Assembly: GCA_050273025.1 (NCBI GenBank)
Contig: CP158636.1
Coordinates: 3,968,001 to 4,032,000, forward strand
Length of the DNA: 64,000 bases
Reading direction: 5' to 3'
Source of the DNA: Cenococcum geophilum
Lineage: Eukaryota
Below are positions 12,601 to 25,633 of this stretch, in pieces. Under the pieces are notes generated by a model. The model was not told the origin of the DNA, searched no databases, and saw nothing but the letters and a program-made list of their open reading frames with translations. The position numbers were made by a program, and so were the translations under genes. Every line of letters begins with the position of its first letter. The first letter of the stretch is position 1.

Positions 12601-14431
12601 CGGGGTATTATCTGTGAGGGATATGTTTTCATAGACCATAGCAGTGATCATGAGAATTTCCTGCTTGTTTTCTTTGGGATTGAAGGTAGTTCGAAGAGCA
12701 ATGCTCATGAGAGTAAGAGGGGGTGCTTCAAGGTTGTCCGAATTTCCTATAGTTGTGACAAGGTTAGGTTTGCTCACTTGGAGCTCGAGTTTACACCAGG
12801 ACGCGTTGTTGACAGCTTGGAAATCAGCTCCTTCGATCTTCAGCCAGCATGGGCCCATTATATTTTTCCATAATACGAACTGCTCAAAGAGCGCGGTGTT
12901 CGTACCAAAAACATGAGAGAAAGTCTCGCCTTTTAAGTCTGCCGGCAGTGAGGCCTTGTCGTAGGGATACAACAATTTTAGGTAATCAGCCTCCTTGGGA
13001 ATACCGGCCAACTCAAATGCGTATTTCCTTGAACAAGGCTTGATTTTGTGCATCCCCACGCGTAGTTTCGTCATCAAACCATCTACTTCATCGTAGACAT
13101 CACTCATCTCCACCTCCTCGGATGTATCACGTCCGTGGCGTTGACGATATTCGCGAGGTAGAAAGTAAAGTTTCCGGAGAATGTTGTCTACTTTGACGAA
13201 GCAACTCACGTAATTTCCCGTTGTTCTGTCTTTTACCTTACCGAACAGGCAAAGACTGCCGTTGATTTCCGTGTAGTCCATCCAGAACATCCGGACACTA
13301 CCGTCGTCTTCAAGAGCAGATTGTGGGTTCAATTTGCCCATGGGTGCCGAATTCGGTGCAGGGTTGCTTAAGACGTTAAGCCTGCTAGTGACTTCATTCC
13401 AGGAAGAGGCATCAATTTCATTGGCAGGGATTCGGACCGGAGAAGAGGTGCCAGGTGTAGGATATTGAGTCTTCTTTATCTTTGGAACGGGCCGACTACC
13501 CGACATGTTCACGCTTGTTGATTGAATCCCGGAATGGCCAATCGATTGAGCCACTTCTAAATCATCGTCTTCTTCCTCGACCTTTATAGCCACATGCGAT
13601 TTTCTTTCCACTGCTTTCGTCACAGGGGATGATTGCAGAGGAGGGTCACTCATAGGAACATCATCGTCCATTGCTGGTATGTACCCATCGTCGTCATCAT
13701 AAACGGTTTGGGCAGGAGGGGTATCAAATATGAATGTGTCTGAATTGCCTTGATTCTTCGAGGCGGCAGGGAGGTTTTCCGGGATGGGAGGAGAAAGAAT
13801 ACGCGTTTTCCTTCGAGATTCTAATTTCACAGGACGCATTCGAGAAGCAGAGCGGTGGCTTGGGATATTGGTGTCAACTTCGCCGAGGAGGTCTGCCATA
13901 AAGGCCGTGTCCTCCGCAGTGGCAACAGGCTGTGCATCGTGTCAGGGACATGCGTGAAGTAATACTGGTAGGCGCTTGCTCACTTTCGGTTTTGGCGCTG
14001 CGGCCGTAGTCTTTGCGCTGAAGTACTTGCTAATACCATTATTGATCTTGTCTTGCTTCTCGCGATCTTCCTCACGCTTCCTCTTTGCTGTTTCAAGTAA
14101 AAGGATCAGCATCGTTCATAATGGCCTAGGGCAAAACTCTCATACCGGCCTTGCCTTTCAATGGCTGCTCCTCCTCGCTTTCGCTACCATAATCATATCT
14201 CCGTTCGGTGGTATCCCAATCTTCTCTCCCGTCGTCGGCGTAACCTTCTCCGTTGTCATCCACGACAAAATCGTCTTGGTCCAATCGGCTTCTGACAACT
14301 TTCTTATAACCTTCTTCATCCACTTCTTCATAGAGCTGCTGCTCCTCTTCGACTTGGTAAGTAGACAATCGCGTCTTGCCCGCTGCTCTCAAAGCGCGGA
14401 GCTCCGCTAACTTTGCTGCTCTTGAAGTCAT
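9647..14431 (-). CDS. POL1: DNA polymerase alpha catalytic subunit (multi-exon)
   Basis: B-family motifs [29 protein letters not shown]-terminal [13 protein letters not shown]-terminal Cys zinc module; several GT-AG introns join the ORF pieces. Confidence 0.97.
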
Positions 14432-14562
14432 ATCCGAGAGTTTATGAACAATTATAGAAAGTGAGGAAGTGGTCCAAAGTAAAATCTAAAATTCAAGAAG
14501 TAGGTGCTGACATAGTGTGAGGGGAAGCGTGTATGTAAAGACACGATGGTTTTGGCGAAGGA

Positions 14563-14595
14563 ACGCGTGAAATTGGCCGACGCGCGAGGCGCGAT
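14563..14595. promoter_or_regulatory. MCB-like cell-cycle boxes in the POL1/oligoribonuclease divergent promoter
   Basis: ACGCGT at 14563-14568 plus ACGCGCG and GCGCGA nearby, 130-165 bp upstream of the POL1 ATG; POL1 is an established MBF target in yeasts. Confidence 0.6.
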
Positions 14596-14783
14596 TTGAC
14601 GGGAAAACCTCGGTGTCTTCGTAATTGATTGTCCTCAAGTACTGCTCCTAAGCTCGCCTTGTCAGCGACGATTGATCTCTTTCCACAACTCATTAATTAG
14701 TTATATTCCTACGGAATTTACTATCGTGGTGTCCGTACATGTTGATATAGCTTGCGCACATTCCACATGTCCGTCGCTTCAAT

Positions 14784-15405
14784 ATGCCAGACACTGCCTC
14801 TCGGGACCCACTTGTATGGATTGATTGCGAGGTACTCTCAAGCTTTCATGACTAGGAAACGGGATGCTGACGTGTTATAGATGACAGGGTTAGATCCAGA
14901 GACCGAAACAATCCTTCAAATTGCCTGTTTTGTGACAGATTACGATCTTAACCTCCTCGAACCCAATGGCTTTGAAGTCGTCATCCACCATGATAAAGAA
15001 ACATTGGATAAAATGGGAGAATGGTGTCAAGAGCACCATGGAGCTTCCGGGCTGATACAAGCTTGTATCAGGTCCGAAACCCTGCCTGAGCAAGCCGCAG
15101 AATGTCTTTTGCAATACATTAAGAAATACGTGCGACATCCGCAGGAAGCTTTACTTGCAGGGAATTCTGTCCATGCGGATAGGGCTTTCCTAGTCAAACC
15201 ACCGTACAACACTGTGGTCAACTATCTTCATTACAGGATACTGGATGTAAGCACCATAAAGGAAGCTGCGCGAAGGTGGGCTCCAGATGAGACTCTGAGG
15301 CTAAGTCCGCAAAAGCAAGGACTACACGAAGCTCGTGCAGACATTCTTGAGAGCATTGAAGAGGCCAAATTTTATCGCAAATGCTTCTTCCAAAGGCCAT
15401 CATAG
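14784..15405 (+). CDS. REX2: Oligoribonuclease, DEDDh exonuclease (exons 14784-14831, 14881-15405)
   Basis: PLVWIDCE|MTGLD across a GT-AG intron; LAGNSVHADRAFL, HYRILDVSTIKE, HEARADILESIEE. Confidence 0.94.
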
Positions 15406-15992
15406 AGGGTTGTCAGCACGCACATTGCTCTCTTACCCTTACATGGCCGCAGTGTAATCATTCATCATTTCATCATAGAGCGTAAATGCACACTTCAATG
15501 ACTTCGACAAGCCGTTTCTCCAAATTACTTGTCTAACCAGCCAACAGCTACACAGTCTCGCGTACACTTTTAAACTAGTTTCAAAAAAAATTGACCCCGG
15601 AATATTTGTTGTCCAGAGCTGTATGATCTTCCTCCAACCGCAGAAATACAAAGAAATCACAGCTCTCTGAGGACTCAGTGATATTTGCGCAGGGATAAAT
15701 TTGACTTAGAGCGTGTGGCCTTGGACTAAAGATGATCGCAAAAAGTTCCCGTTTCCCCGCCCAGTAATAATTTCTTGTAATAAACTATAACTCTAAAAAG
15801 AATATCTCCCAGATCGCACGCCTACATTTTCCTTGAACATACGTAGATAGCCAGTACAAGCCTCTCTAGGTTTCCTAATACCAAGGTCATAAATTAAAAC
15901 CTACTTTTATAACTGTAAAACGGCTCTTTTGTTTTCCTTTTTTGGAAAGACTATTTATTACACCAACTCTTTCTTTTTATTACTTTTTATTC

Positions 15993-16101
15993 TATCCCTT
16001 AACCCGCTGACAACGTACTACGTTATCGATAAGACTTGATGAGAAATAATGCACAGACCATATCGTATCGATAAGGTAGGACGCCAGCAAGTTAAGGGAT
16101 A
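15993..16101. mobile_element. Short piggyBac-like MITE (core 16003-16091 between two TTAA)
   Basis: TATCCC-TTAA-CCCGCTGAC...GCCAGCAAG-TTAA-GGGATA; internal TTATCGATAAG and TATCGATAAG palindromes. Confidence 0.7.
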
Positions 16102-16351
16102 AAATCTCTACCTAATTTTATAAAGGGTGTAAATATCTTGGCGGGAAACCGAAACTTTATCGCCAAGCTTTAAAAGGATTTAGGTACGCATATGCCAATT
16201 GACGCTAGTACTTCTTTAGAGAAACGGACTGCGTGAGTCATGCTCCTTATCCGAAGCACAGTACATATGAAGCATGACAAGTTCCCCACGACGTTAAAGT
16301 TGCACAATTGTTGTCTGTAGATCGCTATTCTTTCTCTGGGCGCTTGCCTTA

Positions 16352-17373
16352 ATGGCTTCAGCATACAGAGAAGAACAAATATGTCAATACCTTAATCTCA
16401 TCTCTCTTCCCAAAATATATCACCCTATGCCCTCCTACTCATCTCAGAAAACTCTCGAATTTCTGACAGCCCTGCACACTCATCAAATCTCCACAATCCC
16501 TTATGAAAATTTGTGTCTCCACTACTCTCAGAAGAAAGAGATACTCTTGGACCCACAAGCCCTGTATGAGAAATGTATGAAAAACGGACGTGGCGGGTAT
16601 TGCATGGAAGCCAGCATCTTTTTCTACCACGTCTTGCGCGGTTTAGGGTTTGAGACATACATGACGGGTGTGAGAATCCGGCCGAGAGTAGGTGGTGTAC
16701 CGCAGGGGGATTACCTCGGATGGTATATAGTTTTCCCACCAATTGGCTCTCAATTCAGACTTTAGTGAACTTCAGCTAGGCAATAAAACGGAGGCTAACG
16801 AGACGCAGGGTCCACATAGTCAACATTGTGACCCTTGATGATGGCGCGAAGTATATGGTAGATGTTGCATTTGGTGGCGACGGCGCCACGAAGCCAATCC
16901 CGCTGGTGGACGGGCAGATAACTCCCAACATCGGCACGCAGGAGTTACGGCTTGTGTATGACCGAATACCGCAGCAGACTTCTCAATCCCAGAGGTGGTG
17001 GATTTATCAGTACCGGAACAGTGTCGAAAAAGAGTGGAATTCGTTTTACTGCTTTTCGGAAATTGAGTTTTTGCATCAAGATTTTGAGATAATGAGTTAC
17101 TTTGCCAGTACAAACAAACGAAGTCCTATGACCTCCACAGTGCTAGTGGTGAAGTTCCTACGCGGAGAAGGCGAAGATGGCCGGGTATATGGGAAGGTCA
17201 TGCTTGTGGATGGGGAGGTAAAAATAAATACTGATGGAAAAACGCGTGTAGTCAAAGTGTGTAAGACTGAGGATGAAAGAGACGGCGCACTGAAACAGTA
17301 CTTTGGAATTACGCTAGAGGAGGAAGAGAGGGAAGGGATAAAAGGGATGAGTACAGAACTTAGCAGGAAATAA
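16352..17373 (+). CDS. Arylamine N-acetyltransferase family protein (exons 16352-16722, 16809-17373)
   Basis: IPYENL, catalytic triad RGGYC / WVHIV / YMVDVAFG; GT-AG intron 16723-16808 restores the frame. Confidence 0.93.
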
Positions 17374-17957
17374 GTGTTATAAGATTATGGAACCATTAAT
17401 TTGAGAAATTGTAGGAGGCATTGACCCCCTCCCGTTTCATCAATTGTTCTGGCTCTGCGCCGTCTCCCTGACCTATTTAATCTACCTGGTGAGCTGCCCA
17501 CATCTCCGATGCTAAAATTCTTCTCAAACTCTCTAAATATGGCCCATCTGTGACGAAGGCTTGATCTTATCGAGTACTTAACCGAATTAGCCCTGTCTAT
17601 AGTATGACCCGGCCACGAATCTGTGGCTTTTTGAGGCATTTCTGGGGGGCTTCAAATGAGGGGAGAGCATTGTGGTCGTTGTGGAGGTTCTATACAATTG
17701 AAAGATAATACAGAACAGTATTTTCCCTCGTCTGGGGTAGCTCAAGTACCTTCCAACTAACATACAAGCTGAACATGTTTTTACTCAGTCTTGTCTCTAC
17801 AGTTGCTTAGTGGCAGCTGTTACCTAAAACGATCCCCACAGTTTATCTGTACAAGGTCCGTCGACGAGTAGAATTACCTCCACCTCTGGCCATTGCATTT
17901 AAACTCCACGAAGAAATCCTAAAAATACGGAAGAGCCAGGTTTGCAAGAAAAGTCAC

Positions 17958-20953
17958 CTACTTTGATGCAGTGACCACGCCTTCATATTCCCTAGATGCA
18001 ATATAATCCAGCGTACGTTGGAAATGTCTTCGTGGGTTCTCGACTGATGACGCCGCTTCGTTAGACTGCAGGTTTGAATGAATCAGTTCAATGAGGCCAT
18101 TGAGATATTTGGTCGTAACCTATTTATAATTAGCCTAAGCTCGACGTTTCATAACCGGAAGACATGAACAGCGAACTCAAAGGATCAAAAACAGAGAAGA
18201 GTTCTTTGCTTACCGCTTCGTTCTCTTGGTCAAAGTAGTATACATAGCGGTTCAAAATCTCGACAAATAATTCAACAGAAACAGCAGCATCCATGCAGGC
18301 ATCTGCAACGCGGAGAGCGCGCTGTAGACACTCGAGCACGCGCTTACCGTCACGATAGAGCTAAAAAAGAAACATTAGCACGATCTATTTGTAATTGTCA
18401 ACTTTAAGAAAATGTTTTACTTACAGTTTTCGGATCCTCTTCACCCCTTGCTCTAATCTCAGTTGCCCACCAAAGATGGCTTGCCAAATAAACTGCTCTA
18501 CACTGATCCGGTTTCTTTAGAAGCTTGCTGCCATGCAAAGCGCATTTCGTGATGAGGGTATCATAATTCTCTTTTCCAAAATTCCTCGTGGTATGCAAAC
18601 CACCCGCGATCACACACACAGCCTGGAACTGCGCTCTCGAATCACTTATAGCTTCTTCATAGATTGTAAAGGCTTGAGCGAAGAACTCGTAAGCGACTTC
18701 TTCAAATCCATTCTGGTCAGCAACTTGACCACATGCGACGAAAAGGCGTAGTGAAAGATCTGCAGCGCCATTAACACGAGTGTAGAGAGTTGATAACGTG
18801 TTGTGCATAAATTTGTAGAGTGCTGAAGACTGGGAACTCCAATCATCCTCGAAATGTTCGCGTGCTTTGTATCGACGGGCAAGCTTCAGTGAGGAAGTAA
18901 GGAGAGCAGGGGTTGTATATTTGACGCGCTCGTTGCCTTCCATGAAGGATTTCCGGGCAGTTTGAAGGAGCTATAAAAGTATTAGCATATGACATTTTTG
19001 GAAAGAAGATACAGACCTTGAACTGGGTATCATTATTCGGCCCCTGGATGAGGTGGATAATGCGTGCCAACCATCCTTGCTCTTCTATTGTTTCGTCCGT
19101 TTCCATGGCCTTTCTTTGTATCGGCCCACCAGGATAACTTGCTGCTTGCTGGATTCCTTCCTTAATCAGAACTTTCAGAATTTCCAAAACACTCTCCAAA
19201 TTCTCCACTGAAGTAATCGGTGTTTGGTTCCTGAGGAGACTTCGGGCAACTTCTCCAGCCACCGATCTTCGTGTAGGGTAGGGCTGTGAGTGGAGGAGTG
19301 GAATAAAGCTTGGCAATGCGAGGGCGGTAAAAAGAGATAGATAAGCCTTAATTGGAGCGAGAAGGAGGCTTAGTATTTGACTTTGGGTTGCTTGGGAATG
19401 CAAATCAGCGCTGTTAGCATACTGAGCAACCTTTTCGTTGGCGAATGCTAGGACTTGATCCACGTAGTCTAACCGGTCGGGATAGATGTTCCTAACCACG
19501 TGAATAAATATAAGGTTACGCAAGCTGTGTATCAAACAACTTACAATGCGAGATTTGTCAGAGATACTAGCAGTGCAATGGTGTCTTGTATTGGCAGTCT
19601 TTGCAATTTTACCAGGCTAGCAACTTGTTCATGGAAAATTTCGAACAGTTTCACATTATCAGGTATTCCACGAGACTTCTTCGGTTCGCCGTCAGTCTCT
19701 AATGACTCGGTTTCAGTTGCTGGAGCTACAGCAGTTGTGGAGGAAGCTATCGACGCCTCCTCCGCACTAATATCTGCACTGTCTAGCGCATCCCCATTTT
19801 GTTGTTTCGGTTGCTCTGACTCTTTGCGCTCCTTTGATATCCGCAGTTGTTCTAGTAATTTGGTTGTTGCTTCTTCCTCTGTTTTCCGTCTCTCTTCTGG
19901 AGATTCCGACTCCGATTCTCGTTGGGCATATGCAGATAGTCTGTCCATCAATCCAATGACTATCCCTTTGACATTTACGTGAGGGTTAAGTCGGGCGGTC
20001 GCAGATAGGAATTGATCTAGAGTATGAAGGTGGTATTCATCAGGGAAAACTTGCGTTACGACTATATGCACAATATTAGTGAACATTTTTGAACATTCAT
20101 GGCGGAGAAGCCTGCCTTCCAGGAGGTATTCTTGTGCGAGCACATCTCTACACTGAACGACTTGTTCTAGCAAAGGATTCAGTATCTTCTTGTAATTCTC
20201 CAAATCCACAAGTTGGCTCAGCCTAACAAGGTTGCTGCCTACGAGCAACTGGAGCTCTTGCCGCTCCTTCGTCCTTTGCTCACGCTCTCTAGAGTGGCCT
20301 TGGTGTTGTAGGCGTACCCATAACTTGTTCATCTCGACAAAATTTGTCAATATGAAACTTATCGAATCCTGGAGGTTCCCTTCTGGTCCATCGCCATTGC
20401 CACTAGGAAGATGGTCCCGTGCTTGTCCTGCAAGATAGTATCGCAAGAATAGCCCTCGTATCGGGTGCTGGACACCCCGACTCATTTCCATCATGTCCTT
20501 CATGATTTCCTTGACCGGTGCGTCCTCGATTGCCATATAGACGGTGCCCACAGTTATCATAAGATATAGTCGGGGTATGATATTTCCAGCATACTGAACG
20601 AGCTCGTACAAGTCGGCAAGGTGATTGACCGGGTGGTTGTCTCGAAGATATACAGAGAGGTGGCGCAGCGCATCGAAGACGGCCATGTAAAGCTCATAGT
20701 ACTGCTTGGGTCCCAAACTACTTGTTCGGAGTTCAGACACCAATGTTGAGCTAAGATACTCATCAGTACTATAAACCAAGGGATTTGCATCAAGCATTTC
20801 TCCAAGGTTATATGCTTACCTGCACTTGAGCGCATCCATTAACTTCCCCGGAGTTTCTAGGCACCGCCGCATCAGCATGGTCTGCTGGCGCACCACGGCC
20901 AACGCATCTTCGAGTAGACGAGACTGATCTTCTACCGGTGGCGGCGACGCCAT
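17958..20953 (-). CDS. VPS35: Retromer cargo-recognition subunit Vps35 (multi-exon)
   Basis: [63 protein letters not shown] 20953, TAG 17960-17958. Confidence 0.97.
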
Positions 20954-21492
20954 TGCTGCTACTATGAATTGTCCAGTGTTGCCTTGGCGGGTCGAGTTGG
21001 AGACGGAAGGTCTGGTTGCTGCAAGTTGACGATTGGCATCCACCGTTGCGCTCGCTTGAGAACTCGGGTGGCTCGTATTTAGGTTGTGGCGCAGCGGACG
21101 CTGCTTCTGGGACGATATACGCAAACATTGAACGAAAATGCGACAGCTTTGAATTTGTTCAGAATGATCATATTCATCTATGGCTACAAGTATAATTATC
21201 TAAATATTGTTCCCCGTCCATGCTATGCAAAACGCCTTCCCAATGCGTGACCGGTCTAATTCCCAGTCCAGGTCCGTTGCCTCCCATTTATACATTAGCG
21301 TCAAACTTCAGTAAAGTCGTATCATTTATGTCGCATAAAAGTCCTCTAGCGATATCAATTGCCGTCCATCAAAGTAATCATGCCCGCAGAGTAAATTAGC
21401 ATTCAGCATGACAGGCCGATTAGCTTTTCCGCGTTCGGACCAGTTTTGAGCATGATCGTTGTATATTTCAATTCGGGATGAGATTATTTTCA

Positions 21493-22329
21493 TCAATAAG
21501 AAATTTGTGTGTGATTGTAGCCTTGGGTGGAAGTAGCTACGACGGTTGGGAGCGGTATCGACGGTATCAAAGCACTGGCAGTGGACGGCGGGGGATAAAG
21601 AGTTTCCCACTGTCCATTACCAACGTAATGCTCAAGAACTGCGCCAATTGTTGAAGGGGCGGGAATTATGGATGATGTGCTTAAGTACGAGGCAGTTGTT
21701 TCGACATTGCTCCATACAGTTGTAAAGGTGCGAATTGGGTATCTCGTATGCCACATTCCATCATCATAGTACTCCGTGGTAACTACTGCCTGGGATGCAG
21801 TAACAACAACAGTAACTATAGATGGTTCTCCAGTTGTAATTATGGATTGAGGCGTTGTGGACGATGGAGGTGATTGTGTCGAATCAGTTGGCGACCCAGC
21901 CAAAGTGAACGATATGCTGGGCGTGGAGCAAGGTGTAGTAGACATGGAACAAGGAGTAGTAGGCATAGGGCAAGGGGTACTAGGCAATTGATGCGAGTAA
22001 GTCGGGGTGAGGGATTCGATAACGCTTGTTGGTGGTGGTTGCGTCTCGACGATAGTGAGAGTGGAGATGATTGTGTTGGTTGATGGAGGGGTAACGTCCG
22101 TAGCAACCACCGTCTCCACCTCCGTAGACACAGCACTGGCAGAAGCAGTCACTGTCTCGATAACGGCGATGGGCGAAGAAGTAGAACCCCCATCGACATT
22201 CACAACGGAGTAACTCTTCACTCGCTTAACGAGATTGGATCGCGGTTGCTGAGGTCCGTTTAGAGGAAGGGCGGCTGTGAGGAGCGAAAGTGATAGGAAG
22301 GCAACGACATCTTGCGAATTGAAACGCAT
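21493..22329 (-). CDS. Secreted Ser/Thr/Pro-rich protein of unknown function (278 aa)
   Basis: Hydrophobic signal peptide, KR Kex2-type site followed by VKSYSVVNVDGG, mucin-like middle, two YxxxGxWxTxYP motifs. Confidence 0.8.
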   Translation of the reverse strand: MRFNSQDVVAFLSLSLLTAALPLNGPQQPRSNLVKRVKSYSVVNVDGGSTSSPIAVIETVTASASAVSTEVETVVATDVTPPSTNTIISTLTIVETQPPPTSVIESLTPTYSHQLPSTPCPMPTTPCSMSTTPCSTPSISFTLAGSPTDSTQSPPSSTTPQSIITTGEPSIVTVVVTASQAVVTTEYYDDGMWHTRYPIRTFTTVWSNVETTASYLSTSSIIPAPSTIGAVLEHYVGNGQWETLYPPPSTASALIPSIPLPTVVATSTQGYNHTQISY

Positions 22330-23357
22330 CTTGAATGATTCGTTAAGAAAGACGGCGGTTCGAGATTGGGTGCGGGATAGAGAGTCGTCGGTGTTTTGGC
22401 AGACAATAGTGCACAGGACGTGGAGATGAAACTGCGATCCTGGTAAGTTCAGATATCAGAAGACGCCTGTAGAAAGGATGGGGGGGAAGCAAAGGCAAGG
22501 GGGTAGATATAGGGCGATCCATGATGGCGATGCAAAAGTCGATGGCTGGTGTGGTGAAATTGATGGAGAGCATGAGGCTGGGATCGTTTCAACCACCGCG
22601 CACAGACCATACCTTAATAATTTATTTGCCAAGGCGGGAGATCAACCTACCTAACCTAAACACGGAAATGCTGGGCATTTTCCCTCTCCCCTTCCCTTGT
22701 CCGCAGTCGCACGGCGTAAGGAGGTAAACTGTTCTAAGCTCGAGCATCATATGTCTGGGACTAATGAGACCGCAATCTCAGACGAACCACAGGGCAGATC
22801 AACACCCAGATCCTCTATTTCGCGACTCGAGAACCACGATCAAGAATCGCTCGGCAGTAAAACACGAAGATCTTTCCTATCATGCCGATTTCTTGACACT
22901 TGCTTATAACTTGAGTATCGAACACATCAATCAACAAGCAATAATATCTCATACCAGAAATCGAAGACGGCCTCCTGCTTTGACTACCTTAAGGGAGGTC
23001 TCAAGGCTCCAAAGCAACGCCCCTAAGTTTCGCTCCCGATCGTTCATAGTGATTCAGCCTCGTCATTCTCTACGTTTTCTAAGCTCTACAAAAATCACAC
23101 TTTTGCTTAAGAATAAATAGTATGCTATAATATTCGTTCCGTGTCTGGATTCGGACAGAATTGGTATCCTAGTGAAATTCGGAGCTCAGTATATGCCGGC
23201 TTCCGGGGCGACTCTACATCATAAAGCTGTGAAGGAATACGCACAATTAGCAGATAATCTTATGTCCACGTGATACTTACGTTTTCCATTTCGGTTTCCT
23301 ACCCTTTAGTTAACAAAATCTAAAGAGCTATCTAAGTCCATTTGTACCACAACTACC

Positions 23358-23670
23358 ATGTCCAAGAAATCCTCCGCCAACCGTGTTGGGAAGTATATCC
23401 AGCCTGCCCTAGCCTCCGAGGCCATTGATATCGACCCTTCCGCAAAAGGTACGGTTATCCGCTGGGCTCTTGGCCTTGAAGGGGTAACCAACATCGTCAC
23501 CAGAGTATGGATGATGTTCTACCTACAAGTTTTATAAGCATGCCAGTGCCAAAGCCTTCAGACATCACTAGCATGCACTCAACATTTCGGGGCTATGATG
23601 TTTGCAGTCACTACACCTATGCTTCTAGCCATTCCGAATACTCGTCGTGCGATCGAGAGCCGTCAGTCTA
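23358..23670 (+). pseudogene. Possible frameshifted small membrane-protein gene remnant, ending at a MITE
   Basis: ACCATG start, 59-codon frame MSKKSS...VIRWALGLEGVTNIV; plausible continuation PTSFISMPVPKPSDIT in another frame. Confidence 0.3.
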
Positions 23671-23810
23671 TGTCCCTGATGCTGGTACATTTCGTCCTAC
23701 TGTTATCGATAAGAGCTGGCCAATAGGATCGAGGCTCCGTGACCGCATACTTTTGATTCTAGTATTCACGCACGGTCTGCTCTCGTAGGACGCTACCAGC
23801 GGAAGGGATA
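23671..23810 (+). mobile_element. MITE of the TTATCGATAA family
   Basis: Imperfect TIR tgtccct..gctggta..cgtcctac / gtaggacg.taccagc..agggata; 23681-23742 is nearly identical to the reverse complement of 54733-54803. Confidence 0.65.
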
Positions 23811-23992
23811 CTCAAGCGAGGTAGCCATAATATCCTTAGCTACGTATCAGGCGTACTGGCCCAACAAGTGGTTTCCTTGGTTAAGCAGATAGGCTCCGCG
23901 TTTCTCTGGCGAATATTCATCTTATTTGTCAAACTCGAATGGCTTGGAAGATACAGAGAGGGTCACAAACAAAATTAAAATCGCTAGTGAAA

Positions 23993-24099
23993 TATCCCTT
24001 AGCACGATGAAATGGGCCCTACGGTTATCGATAATAGAATCAATAGGATCAAGGCTCCATGATGGTGTTCGCGCACAGACCACCTTATCGCAGGGTTGA
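23993..24099 (+). mobile_element. Degenerate MITE of the TTATCGATAA family
   Basis: tatcccttag start, cctacggttatcgataa, caataggatcaaggctcc and gcacagacca blocks shared with the 16.0, 23.7 and 54.7 kb copies. Confidence 0.55.
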
Positions 24100-24600
24100 C
24101 AGGTACGACCCAGCCACATATCCATACATTATTTCTAGAGCAGTTTTATTTCCGATAAAATGGTCAAAATCAGGGACTGTGGGCATGATTAGGTTGTTGC
24201 GCGATGGACCTTCACCGCTAGTATAGTGAAGATTCGCTACTGGAGGGCTTGAAACTATCCTGCCTCTATGGTTGGCTATCGAACAAAAAAGGAACAGTGC
24301 GGCATGGTTGAGATGTATTCATTTAGTTTATTAGGTGGCATCTTGCCCATAGAGTCTAAAACAACTGTAATCTTTTTACATCAACGAGGTTGAAATTTAG
24401 TGCCATGATTCAGACAATTGAAAGACCTCAGCGTACTATTTTCGACATGGAAGTTTGTTCCATGAAAAATATATGTTACTAAAACACAGGTTAATGACAC
24501 GGATTTTAGCTAAATTCTGTTCAATTAAGCCTGTTTGGCTACTGTTGTTTTTCTTTTCGAAAAAGGCTAATGCACCAACATCTAGACACAACGGTATAGA

Positions 24601-24986
24601 CAGGGATGCATAACTATTCTATTAGTTACATAAGTTATGATTACTATATAACATAACTAATTGCAATCAAAATTAATCTTTTGATTATGGTTACGATTGC
24701 GTAATCAATATAATCGCCCGCAGAAAGAACGTGTAGGAATAGAACGTAGTAATACAAAAACGTCCGTGTAGGCTTTCTTAGAAAAAGTTAATATATGCGC
24801 GCCAATGCGTTACGGCATATCTTATCTAGAATTACTTTTTAATCACCATCTACCTGTATTTACACTTACTTACCTAATTAGGAAATTAGTACATAACTAA
24901 AATAATCAATGCAATCAATCAGGCCGGTTTTACAAGAATCAAAATCTATGAGCCGATTACGGTTGCACTGACTGTGTGCATCCCTG
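24601..24986. mobile_element. Non-autonomous hAT-like DNA transposon (386 bp)
   Basis: TIR CAGGGATGCA / TGCATCCCTG; flanking direct repeat cggtataga (24592-24600, 24987-24995); subterminal AATC/GATT repeats. Confidence 0.85.
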
Positions 24987-25633
24987 CGGTATAGACACTA
25001 ACTACACTAAACCTTATTGAGAAGGAAATATTTCAGATAATCCTTCGTATTTGCCTGAGAGAATGATAAGTATTTGGTACGTTATTTTGATTGACTGTAA
25101 TGCTATACTTGTTAAACAAGAACGTTGGGAATACATACACGAGACGTGTCGACCAAGATCGGCTTTGCTTACCCTGTTTCAGTTGCCTACCACCCTATGA
25201 CTCACCACCTGTTTCATCGGTCATTCTACACACGAGTTCGTTCGAGAAGACGGCTGACCTATCGATAAGTAGCCTTTACCTCCCACAGTTCGCATCATCC
25301 AAGCTATATCATAAACCTTCTCCCACTCGAAAAGGGCATTCTATAAGCACTTGCACTATACGAGTTTTTCAAAAAAGTAGCCACACAAAGTCACCTTTCC
25401 ATGGAAGTTTCGGGTTCCTTCATATTCAACAACGGCCTAAGCTATAGTGCTACACCCCTTCAGTAAACGGCTCATCACCGGCCTACCCTCCATTACCGTT
25501 CGTATAACCATTCTGGCATTAGAAATATTTCTTCCTCACAAGTGGAATCGTGCATAAAATCCTGTTTTGTCAGTCAGCTCACTCTCAACTCCCCTACTTA
25601 CCATTCTATTGCGCTCCAGGGCCGTCGCTACCT

